A stretch of DNA of 63,137 nucleotides, filler included, from Octopus bimaculoides (taxonomy: Eukaryota): the NCBI RefSeq assembly GCF_001194135.2. It is 7 parts of 7 records of this genome, joined end to end, with 100 filler letters (N's around TTAATTAATTAA, not from the genome) between each part and the next. Parts side by side here need not be neighbours in the genome. Positions count along the whole stretch, not along the records: positions 24,069 to 45,042 come from NC_068985.1; positions 45,143 to 58,291 come from NC_068995.1; 5 more parts are not named here. One strand, given 5' to 3'. The translations under genes were made by a program, and so were the position numbers. How positions within the stretch are numbered: position 1 is the first letter of the stretch; the number at the start of each line of letters is the position of its first letter. The notes beneath the pieces are model-generated. The model was not told the DNA's origin. It did not search any database and saw nothing but the letters and a program-made list of their open reading frames with translations. Positions 37,039 to 48,599 of the stretch are shown here, piece after piece.

Positions 37039-38118
37039 TCATCAGCAGCAGCAGCATCGTTAAACATCTGCCTTCTGTGCTAGCATGGGTGGGATGGTTT
37101 GACAGGAGCCGGTCAGGCAGAAGCCTGCACCAAACTTCTGTGACTGTTTTGGCAGGATTTTTACAGCTGGATGCCCTTCCTAACACCAACCAACCAACCA
37201 GCCAACCAGCCAGCAGAGTGGACTCTGTGTGTGTGTGTGTGTGTGTGTGCGTACACGTGCGTGTGTGTATACATACACACACATAAGCATGCATATATCA
37301 CATTCTTCAATTTCTACACAACACAGGAAATACATGCCATGAATGTAAATATCAATATGAATATAAATTAATTCATAATATCATAATAATATAAATAATA
37401 TATTTTTCAATATAAACTACGTGCATTTCTCCAGACAAAATCTCAAAAATAACACATAATCTGCGATACATAAACAGACAAACAGAGAGAGAGAGAGAGA
37501 GATACAGACAGATAAACAGAGAGACAGATAGATGGATAGACAGACAGACACACAGAGACATAGGCAGATAGACAGACAGACACAAAAACAGACAGACAAA
37601 TCAATATACAGGCAAATAGCTATACAGATAAGATTTGTTAGAGAGGGGAGATAAATAGACTGAACTGAAGACTGGTACATACACATTATAGATAAAAGAG
37701 AGAGAAAGAAAGGCAGTAGAGAAAACGAATGTGAGAGAGAGGGGGATAGAGAGAGAGAGTTTGGTTGTCAAATCATGTTATAAAATAAGCGTAAAAAGTG
37801 CAGTTTTCTGGCTACAAATGGAAGGTCATGTCCCCAGGTAATCTACATGTGTGTGCGCATGGGGAAGGGGATGCCGTGTGTGTGTGTGTGTGATGCATGA
37901 GTGCAGTGTCTGTGTGCAAGTATGTGTGTATGTGGTTTGAAAGCTAGAACGTGAGGAAAGTAATGACGTGATTTATATGTGTGTGTGTGTGTGTGTGTAT
38001 GTGTGTTGTATGTGTGTGTTGTGTGTAAGTGTTGTGTATGTGGTTTGTAAGAAAACTAGAATTTGATGAAGCTAGTGCTGTGACTTGTATATACACACAC
38101 GCACATATGTGTATATGC

Positions 38119-38156
<38 letters not shown>

Positions 38157-39106
38157 ATTTAGCTTTTCTGTTTGAATTATGTCTGTGTGATGCACTATGC
38201 GTGGTCTAACAGACTGCATGATTTGTGTGTGTGTCTTTGTATGTGTGTATGGATATGTGTGTTTGTGGATTTCTTTGTGTGTATGTGTATATATATATAT
38301 ATATGTGTGTGTGTGTATGTGTATATATATATATGTGTGTGTGTATGCATGGATATATACATATATGTGTACGTTTGTGTATGATGCGTGAAGATGTAAA
38401 GTATGAATCTATGTGAACACGTGTGTATGTGCATGTGTGCAGTATGTTCTTGCGTGTAAGTGTGTATAAAGTATGAACGAATGATGCACAAATGTATGCG
38501 CATAGAGTGGGTAGGTATGTGTTACTGTATTTAGTCCACATGTTCATCAGTTGGAATGATGAAGACCTTCTTAGTCATCTTGATGACTTGCGTGGTGAGT
38601 TTAATTATGAAGTAGATTTGCACCTCATCAACCTCACTCTTTCATGTGTGACCCTTTTTAAACCAGAAGCAAGACCAGACCATGATGACTGAGAATGGAG
38701 ACTACAACAGCGGCAATGGATAACCAAGATATCTTGTTTACTTCACCCTGTTCTTTGCACTCCAAGATGTGTTGAAGCAGTCAACTTCACCTCATTTAAA
38801 CCATGAAGGTTTCTTCTGCAGAATCCTGCTTGATCCTATCTTCACATCTACTAGGAAGCAAGCCCAACTATGCTAATTATGCTAATTATGCTAATTATGC
38901 TAATGAACCAATAGCTGGGACCCTGACAGGTGCTATTACTCCTGGCCAGAGTTGAACTTAGGAACAATAGTGGTTAAGAGATGGTTCCATACTTTTCAGA
39001 AACTCTGGAATTCATGAACCTGGGTCCCACAACTGAATACAATTTAAAGTCATATCAGAACTGTATTTAGTTCAGATGTGTCAGTAAATGTTTTTGAATA
39101 GTGCAT

Positions 39107-39145
<39 letters not shown>

Positions 39146-39849
39146 GTGTGTATGTGTGTGTGTAGTATTTGTCCATGTTAGTGTACATGTTACTGTATAT
39201 GTGAATGAATGTATAAATCATCCCTCATCATTTTATGTACACTTTTCCATGCCAGTATGGGTTGAGCAGGTCTTCCTTGTCCTAGTAAGTCAATGATTCT
39301 TAGAGTCAGGGTCAGGGGACCCATATCACACTTTTGTGTTCTATTTTAGGTAAAGTTTCTATGGCCCTTCAAACTGCAGTCTATCATATTTATACACACA
39401 CACACATATATACATATGGATGTATGCATTTAAGCATGTGTATGTATACATATGTGTATCATAAAGTTGTTTGTGTATTTCAGCAAATGAATTTATTGAG
39501 TCAATGGCAAATATCACTAGATGCTGAGCAGATGAACAGACAAAAAAGGCTCGCCCCCTGCGACCCTTTTCAGCTCAGCATTCCTAATCTCATGGGCTCA
39601 AAGGTGCTGGTGTCACATCAAAAGCACCCATGCTGGTGCTGCACATGAGCACTCAGTACACTCTGTAAAGTGGTTGGCATTATGAAGGGCATCCAGCTGT
39701 AGAAACCATGCCAGAACAGACATGGAGCCTGAACGACCCTTTAGCTGCTCGACTCCTGTCAATCCATCCAACCCATGCCAGCATGGAAAACAGACGTTAA
39801 ATGACAATGATGATGGTATATATATAAATGAACAGAAATGGGGTTTAAA

Positions 39850-39932
39850 ACTTATTACAGCTGTTTCAGTGATATTTTATTAATGCATTCATAATTACAT
39901 CCTAGCATAAATCCACCATCCTCAGACAAAAT
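39850..39932 (-). ncRNA. Near-complete minimal hammerhead ribozyme (PLE-type), sense to the host pre-mRNA
   Basis: UUUGU-CUGAGGA-U-GGUG[long loop]CACU-GAAA-CAGCUG-UA^AUAAG; predicted cleavage between 39856 and 39855. Confidence 0.5.
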
Positions 39933-42912
39933 TTTAAACATGTATTAACAGGCAAGGTAAAACCTAGAAGATGACCTATTCACCAGCTAACATCATGAAT
40001 AAGTTATTTATCATGTTGGTTGGTGAACTGGTCATCTAGGTTTTGCCTGGCTTGTTTAAATGTTTAAAATTTTATTTGAAGATGGTGGCTTTATGTTGTG
40101 ATGTAATCTATAAATGCATCAATAAAATGCTACCGAAACAGCTGCAGTAAATTTTATACCCTATTTGTGTTCTTTTTTATACTTATGCTACACTTGGAAC
40201 CAAACCTGAGTTGAATCTATGATTTATATTGGATTTAGTACCTATATACATGCATGCCCACAGTATAATACCAACAAATGATACCTCGTGGTCGTTTTAC
40301 CTTACTGTGGACTCAATGTTATGGTACCTACTCAGTCTTGGCATCCTACATGTTGATGTGCTTAGATTCTAGTTAATCTTGTAACTAGTCTATATACACA
40401 CACATACACATTTCATTTAGCGTCTACTTTTCCATACCTGCATGAATCAGATGGAACTGCAAGAAGCCTATTGTATATATATTATTATTCAGTTTTATTT
40501 CAAGATTTTTTGCCAATAGAAAAAGGGCCGGTATCTAACCTAGATCCAAGGCTCCTTCATTAGAATTTCAACATCAATAGGGTATTTTTGTATGTATGTA
40601 TATGTGCAGATTTGTATATTTTGTTTTATGTATGTATTCTCATGCATATAGTTGCATGTCTAGACATGCTCATATATACCTAAATGATAAATTTCTGGAA
40701 AGTTTTACAGATTTTTACAGTTCCAATGATAGCTTGGATCTGTAGTCTTCAGATCAGCTTTCTTCTTTCTGGTTTTGTGAAAATTAATTTCTCAAGATTG
40801 GTATTTAGGCAGTGTGCTACATATTCCAATGCCTCAATAATTACAGGTATAAACCTGAACTCCTAATCTAGATAGAATAGCTGTAGGTTCTTCAGTAGTT
40901 CAGTGTATGTATGTATGTATGTATGTATGTATGTATGCATGCATGTATGTACCCTTGTATTGACATCACATGATTGCTGTAGATGAATGTTCGTTTTGTT
41001 TCTGGGTTCAGAATGGCGTGTGTGTGTGTATGAAAATATGCCTCCTTGCTTGATACCTCATAATGGTTGTCAACGAGAGTCACTGTCACACAAACAATGT
41101 TATTCATTTCCAATGTTCTGTGGAAACATGTCTGGCCAAATTTTTCTCATGGTATGAAACGTTGTGACATACAATTTTGCATATAGTCATAGACAGCAAT
41201 TTTGCTTGCATCGGGCTTCGTTTTGGGTAAGCAGTATTGGCAAGTCACAAAGACGACGAAACATCGAGAGGAATGAGAAGAAAGAGAGGAATGAGTTGAA
41301 AAAGAGGTAGGAATAGACAGAGAAGAGAGAAAGAGAGAGGGAAAGGTGGAGAGAGAGAGAGAGAGAGAGAGAGGGAGACGAACATGTCATGTACGCGTTA
41401 TGTGTTTGTGAGCACTTGATGTATGTGTTTGAGTGTATGTGTGTTTGTATATGTATTTATGTGTCTGTGTTGTGTTTGATACGACACTAGGTTTGAAGTA
41501 AAACCTTTGGTGATGTTTGTGTCAAAAAGTGACTTAGCCACACGATAAAATAGAGATCGATAAAACAAGTACCAGACAGGGGATATGTAGTGAGATGGAT
41601 GTGATCAACTGGAAAGGAAGCCCTTCGAAGGCATAGTGGTGACCAACGACTGAAGTCATTTAAAGCACAAACACACATACACGTGTTTATATATAGCTAT
41701 ATACCCTAACTAGCATTTAGAGGTATACACGCACATACAAGTACACATATACACATCAGTATACATACATAAATCACGCTTATATACAGCTGTATACACA
41801 TGCAAGCTTCCCATTATCAAAACACTTTGTACAGGCATGCATGTATAAAGGCCAACATATTTCATCGCAATACAAGAGAGAGAAAGAGACACTCTCTCAC
41901 TTACACACACGCAGATAAATAGATAAATAGATAGATAGATAAGAAGAGAGAGGTCAATCAACGGGAAACTAGAGAGAGAGAGACAGACAGAGGACACGAA
42001 AAGAAAGAGTGGGAAAGTGAGAGAAAGTGGAGGAAGAGTTATAGAAACAAGTTACGGACATTGACTGAGAATTCGCGCGCGCGCACATTATATATCAAAG
42101 AGAGGAAAGCGAAAGTTGATGTGTGCGTGAAAGAGAAAGCGAGTTACAAAGTCATATTCTTTTCTACTCTAGGCACAAGGCCCGAAATTTTGGGGGAGGG
42201 AGCCAGTCGAACTGGTACTTAATTTATCAACACCGAAAGGATGAAAGGCAAAGTCGGCCACGGTGGAATATGAACTCAGAACATAAAAACAGATGAAATA
42301 CCGCTAAGCATTTCGTCCGGCGTGCTAACGTTTCTGCCAGCTCGCTACTTTAGTTACAAAGTCGTATTATCGTTTCAGTTGTTGGACTGTGAACACGCAC
42401 GGGCACTGCCTTGAAGAGTTTTAGTCGAACAAATCGATCTCAATGCTCACGTTTTTTAAACCTAAAAGGATGCTCTCAATCATTTCCAAAGGCNNNNNNN
42501 NNNNNNNNNNNNNNNNNNNNNNNNNNNNNNNNNNNNNNNNNNNNNNNNNNNNNNNNNNNNNNNNNNNNNNNNNNNNNNNNNNNNNNNNNNNNNNNNNNNN
42601 NNNNNNNNNNNNNNNNNNNNNNNNNNNNNNNNNNNNNNNNNNNNNNNNNNNNNNNNNNNNNNNNNNNNNNNNNNNNNNNNNNNNNNNNNNNNNNNNNNNN
42701 NNNNNNNNNNNNNNNNNNNNNNNNNNNNNNNNNNNNNNNNNNNNNNNNNNNNNNNNNNNNNNNNNNNNNNNNNNNNNNNNNNNNNNNNNNNNNNNNNNNN
42801 NNNNNNNNNNNNNNNNNNNNNNNNNNNNNNNNNNNNNNNNNNNNNNNNNNNNNNNNNNNNNNNNNNNNNNNNNNNNNNNNNNNNNNNNNNNNNNNNNNNN
42901 NNNNNNNNNNNN

Positions 42913-42963
<51 letters not shown>

Positions 42964-43202
42964 ATACAATAAGAGAGAACGAAAATGGAGGAAAGAAAAG
43001 AAAAGTAAGAGATAAGAAGTGACAGAAAAGAGAAAACTGGAAGAAAAGGAAACAGAAAGTAGACTATAGTGTGTGTGTGTGTGTGTGTAAGAGAGAGAAG
43101 CGGGCATAGTGTGCGTGAGAGAGAAGGGACTTTGTGCGCATGTGTGTGATTAGCGAGAAAAAAAAGTGTTGTGCGTGTGTTTGCGAGAGCGAGAGACTTG
43201 GA

Positions 43203-43287
<85 letters not shown>

Positions 43288-44427
43288 TTACATAGTGTGT
43301 GTGTATGTATGTATGTGTGTGAGTAGCGAGTGATAAGAGAGAGAAAGAGAGAGCTTAGTGCATGCGTGAGAGAGAGAGAGTAGGTGAGTATGAACGATAG
43401 GAGAGAGAGAGAGAGAGTAGGTGAGTATGAACGATAGGAGAGAGAGAGAGAGTAGGTGAGTATGAACGATAGGAGAGAGAGAGTAGAAGAATATGAGCAG
43501 TATGTGTATGAGAGAGAGAGGGGGAAAGAGAGTAAGGCAGGCGAGTTTCGGTGAGTCCATCTTTGAAAAAACAGCTGACGACAACAAATGGTAGTGGTGG
43601 TGGTGGTGTACCTACACAGGTGAAATAACCTAGTCTCTTTCTCCTCTCCCCGCTCTCTTCTTACTTCTATCACACGCTTCCTTCCACCACCACCTATGGT
43701 ACAGTATATCTATATCACATTACTAATAACGAACAACTGAGATTTCTTGGCAGTTTGTTGGTTGTGGTGTTTTGTGTTGTCGATGCTTTTGTCGTACGTC
43801 GTTGTTGATGGTGGTGGTGGTGGTAATGATGGTGGGAGGTATCTGTTATCGTTATTTGTTTTGTTATTGTTATTGTTGGTGGAGTTGGTTGTGCTGGTGT
43901 TAGTTGCGCCGGTGATGGTGTTTACCGATGTAATTACTACCGTTGATGGTGTGGAGTTGGCTATGGCGTTCTTGACGGTGTTAGTTCTAGTGACAATAAC
44001 GGCATCAATGGTATTGTCTTGTCGACGGTTGCTGTTCGAGTGAGCTGCGATGGTCGTGGTTTCAATGGTGCTGTTATTAGTGCTATTGTTGGTTGGTGAC
44101 GTTAGTTGTAAGGCTGATGTTGACTATTATCAATGGTATTATATAGTTGGTGGTATCAGCTGTGATAGCCGAGTTGATGTCAGTGTTGTTGGTTGTTGCG
44201 ATAAAGGCGTTGTTGTTGGCGATGTCGATGGTGTGGTTGTGTTGCCTGTGGTGATGGTGGCGGCGTCTGTTACCGATTGTATTGTTTAGTCTCGGATTTA
44301 GTGTTGATTGTATTGTTGAGTGGTGTTAGGTGTAATGGGCGTGTCGCGCTGAGAATATTGTTGAAGTGGCGAAGCTAAAGTATGTGTCACTCAGAGCAAC
44401 CTTTGAATTTATATAAATTTATATAAA

Positions 44428-44467
44428 ACTGTCCGATGAACGAGAACGTGAAACTCCGAGTAACAGT
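44428..44467 (+). ncRNA. Minimal hammerhead ribozyme with U4C core variant
   Basis: ACUGU-CCGAUGA-ACG(AGAA)CGU-GAAA-CUCCGAG-UA^ACAGU; stem I is perfectly paired. Confidence 0.5.
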
Positions 44468-44620
44468 CTTTTGTTATATTTCTGCTGCTTTTAAATAAAG
44501 CATATTACTCTACCTCTGGTATTTGAGTACTCTTTTTTCCACCTTGTTGCACATGTGTTTACTCCGGTATATGTATGTGTATGTGTGTGTGTATGTATGT
44601 ATGTATGTATGTATATATAC

Positions 44621-44760
44621 CAGGGGCGGATGGAACCGTCGGTCAATCGGGCATTGTTCGAGGGCCCGGAGCTCTGAGAGGCCCGCACTCTACATGTTAA
44701 CTCTACTGATATCAATGCTAAGGGGCCCGGCAACCAGTTAATACTCTCAGTCCGCCCCTG
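44621..44760. mobile_element. hAT-type MITE, 140 bp
   Basis: TIRs CAGGGGCGGA / TCCGCCCCTG with an exact 8-bp TSD ATATATAC (44613-44620 and 44761-44768). Confidence 0.85.
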
Positions 44761-45142
44761 ATATATACATACAAGAGTTAAGGAATAGAGTAGATAAGAT
44801 CCGGGCTACTCCATTCCTTAACTCTTGTATTCTCATTCGTATAACCAGCAATCCTGGATGCCTACCGTTAAATATAAAGAACTTTTTCCAATTTATCATA
44901 CTTCGATGAGAAAAAAATACACAACCTTCTATCTCAATAAACCGTTATTGTTCCTGAAAGCTGTTTTTTTTAATATTTACTACGGATTGCTTGAAGTTAG
45001 CTTTCTTCCTACACCTCGATCCTTGGATCTTATATATATATANNNNNNNNNNNNNNNNNNNNNNNNNNNNNNNNNNNNNNNNNNNNTTAATTAATTAANN
45101 NNNNNNNNNNNNNNNNNNNNNNNNNNNNNNNNNNNNNNNNNN

Positions 45143-45198
<56 letters not shown>

Positions 45199-45209
45199 TG
45201 CACGCACAA

Positions 45210-46079
45210 ACGAGGTTCAATGAGTTAATTGTCGCCATTTCATATTTTAATTTCGCGCATATGCATTCTTTATTCCTGATTTTGTCGACTACACAGTATA
45301 GTAGTGATAGTTGGGCACTGTCTTTGAGAAAAAAACAGCACCATGACGCAGTTCACCCTGACAGGGATTTGGAAACATGCTGTACTGCTTGGCATTCGCG
45401 CCAGAAGCTTCAATATGAACGTTTCAGAGTGTTTGTGTGTCAATTTATGGACAGTGCTTGTACCGAGAGTAATAAAAATCAAATATCCAATCAACATCAT
45501 GGTGTTTGGAGTGATCACTAGAAATAGCGATGTTATGCCTCCATTGATCTTCCTACAGGCCTCAAACTCAACACGGAGGCCTACATCAAGTGCCTGTAGA
45601 AGGATGTGCTGCCCTGGGTGAAGAGGGTGGCTGCCGGAAGACCCTATGTCTGGCAACTGGACTCTGCACCATGCCACACAAGCAGGAGAACTCAGTCATG
45701 GCTGTCAGACTATTTCTGCGGCCACATCACCCCTAACATGTGGCCACCTAACTCCCCAGACTGCAACCCCTTTGATGTGTGGGATGCAGCTGAACGAGAG
45801 ACCAACAAAACTCCTTGTAACACCAAAGATGAACTGAAGGCAAGGATTATGGCAGCATTCAGCAACTTAAACAAGGAGACCGTCTAGAATAGTTGCAGGA
45901 TATTCCGAAGTCGTCTGGATACCGTAGTTGAAGCCAATGGCGATTTTTGTGAATATATTTACTCTTTAGTATTTCAAGATATGTTTATGTAATTTTCGTA
46001 AATATATCTGTTAAAATGAGATGTCAGTGTCATTTTCATTTTTGCATAATTTAGACGACAATATATTCACCGCACCCTG
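45210..46079 (+). mobile_element. maT/DD37D-like Tc1-mariner element, internally deleted
   Basis: MVFGVIT..DVMPP..YVWQLDSAPCHTS..WPPNSPDCNPFD.W (DDD domain). 3' TIR ends ..CACCGCACCCTG followed by TA. Confidence 0.85.
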
Positions 46080-46520
46080 TATATATATATATAATCAATT
46101 CAAATAAACAAGTAAAATTAACAGACCACAATAAGACGTGTATTAGCTTGATGCTCGGTGAAAAAGTGAGAGTTTGAGGTTTCGAGCATATCTCTTCGTC
46201 GGAAAGGAGAAAGAGAAAAGTCCAGAGAATGAAAAGATATTGCAAACAGCACGTGTGTAATTACACGCGCAATCCATTGTGTAAGCCACTAACCCGAAGT
46301 GCCATACATTAAGTATGAACGAAAAAATCATGGTGGTTGTAAAGCGGGCATCTAAATCACACCACCATACTCTCACAGGTCTAAATTTCGCGACTACTTT
46401 AATAATATGGAATACGCAAGAGATTGGAATATGTGGGTCTTTAAACTGGGTGCGATGGAATGTAATTTGCAACAAACAACAGATGCTAATACAAACGTCC
46501 TATTAGTGCCGGAATATTAC

Positions 46521-46558
46521 TTGGACGAACGTGAGTTTTTAGAAGTGTATCAACGCCA
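46521..46558 (-). CDS. Coding exon 2 (38 nt), (S)GVDTLLKTHVRP(I)
   Basis: Strong acceptor ttttattctcctttgtacag| and donor CCAA|gtaata. Phase 2 to 1 is exactly what is needed to join exon 1 to exon 3. Confidence 0.5.
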
Positions 46559-48599
46559 CTGTACAAAGGAGAATAAAACAAAACATAACAAAAAATCACT
46601 GCATTATAATAGTATACACACACGCACGCATGCACACACACACGCGCGCGCGCGCGCGCGTGTTTATGTATATATGTATATCTGTGTGTATATGTATATA
46701 TGTATGTATATTATAGAATAACATACATCGTACACGAAATAAAACGTGAAAATAAGGAAATATGAGTACAGATTAATAAGTTTTGCAAAATTAAAGCAGG
46801 AAAATAATTGATCGTCACTCACTATCTTGGGAGAAATAGCACTGATTTCTATGTAATGGAAGCGAAATCGAATGACCGAAGATATCGCTAAGATAAGGAA
46901 TGTACTTTAAGAGAGCAGAATATTTTTTTGACGAATACAACATTGTTCAGAGCAAAATTGAGAAACCATCGATATATAAGGGCTATATATATATATATAT
47001 ATAGTTAATCCGTATGTCAGGCATGGACTAAAATAACTACCTCTTTATAATTTAGGCCATTGGGAGTTAGATAGTTGAAAGTATAATGTTGCAAGCATTA
47101 GATGTACATTCACTCTATAACAAACAGCGTTGCTTAACACACAACAGCATTTTGTATACAGTCTTAATGATAGATTGAATATAAGAACAGAATTTATACG
47201 AAATGAAACATCTTACTAACAGGGAGGTTTCTCTATGGTCCGCATCATGCTAGAAGCAGTAGCCCTCTCACATAAACAAAGTTAAGCAGAGACTTAATAA
47301 TAATGTACGTTTAGTAATTCTCACTCAAGACCAACATCATAACATGCCCCTCCAACATCATCTTCCACCACTACCACTTGAAAAATATGTCACAACAACC
47401 ACGATTAAGAGTTGGAGAGTTGCTGGTGCTGTTAACCCAAACGCCGGGTAGTTTAAAAAAAAATAACGTGATCGATGTAAATACACATTTCTATGGAGTT
47501 TCCTTCTTAGGATAGGCCTTTGCACCAGAAATATAGAGGTTTTTTGTAAAACTTTCTACATTGTACAAGCTTTCTTTATTCTGCTTTTCTCTCAATTTCT
47601 AATAATATAGTTTGCAAAAATACAAGGAGAGAGGGGGAGAGAGAGACAAAGGCGCGAGTGAGTGAGTGAATTGTCAAGAATGAAAGAGCTTTGACCATAA
47701 CTCTGCTAAATCTGTACTTAGGTTGCATGTAATACTTAGAACACATAAGAGTGGAGACTGATAACTCAGAGGAGGGGTTACATCATAATAGAAATAAGAT
47801 ATGATGTTTTGCTTTTGGCACAATGTGACAAATGTTGTTTGGTCTCCTATGACTGACCTTGTTCATGTTACTATGTATATCTATACTCAATGACATTCCG
47901 GCCAATCTTGTAACACCTTTATTGGCGAGATGAAGTCGCTTTCTTCACCTCCAATGTTTGACTGGGATTTATCCAATACAAAAGAAAAAATAACCCACCA
48001 TAGTTCAGAAAAAAGTGACATAACTAATACCTCTAATAATTTATCCGGCCACTCGCTGTACTATACTCGACGTATCAAACGGCATCATAAAGAAAGAAAA
48101 AGAACTTGCCACGACGAAAATATGGGAAAATAAGGGGAAAACAACGGTGGTTGTTGTAATTGATATAGTGGAGATTAATTGCCAAACCTTGTTATTGAAT
48201 GTGGGTGTTGTGATAAAACAAGTATGGGACACCGATAATAAAATAATAACAACATTAGAAATGAATACATTTGTCGGTAGTGATATTGCTGATGATTGTG
48301 GCTGTGGGAATCAGGATCATCAATTACTACTAAAAATGTAACAACAACAAACGTAATGGGTGTAGCTGTAGCAACTAGAATTTTAACGGCAATAACACAG
48401 ATGATTGTCAGGAAGTATACGGTATAGTGTTGTTAATTATCACTTAGTAGTATTATGTAAAGTCGTTCCTTGTCATTTTTTTTGTTGGTATTTCTTGTTG
48501 TTATGGTTACTGTTGTAATAATTAAATCGAAGTTGCAATATTAGCTTATGATGTATTGTGATTATAGGCTTGATGGTTTAAGTGTGAGAGAGAAGTGGC

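Noticed and set aside
38551-38594. Plus-strand exon-like segment WNDEDLLSHLDDLR with GTGAGT donor
   Set aside because: Only 44 nt and apparently within a decayed RTE-like LINE fragment on -; no partner exons found.
43690-44300. Val/Leu-rich ORFs resembling membrane proteins
   Set aside because: Degenerate (GTT/GTG)n repeat.
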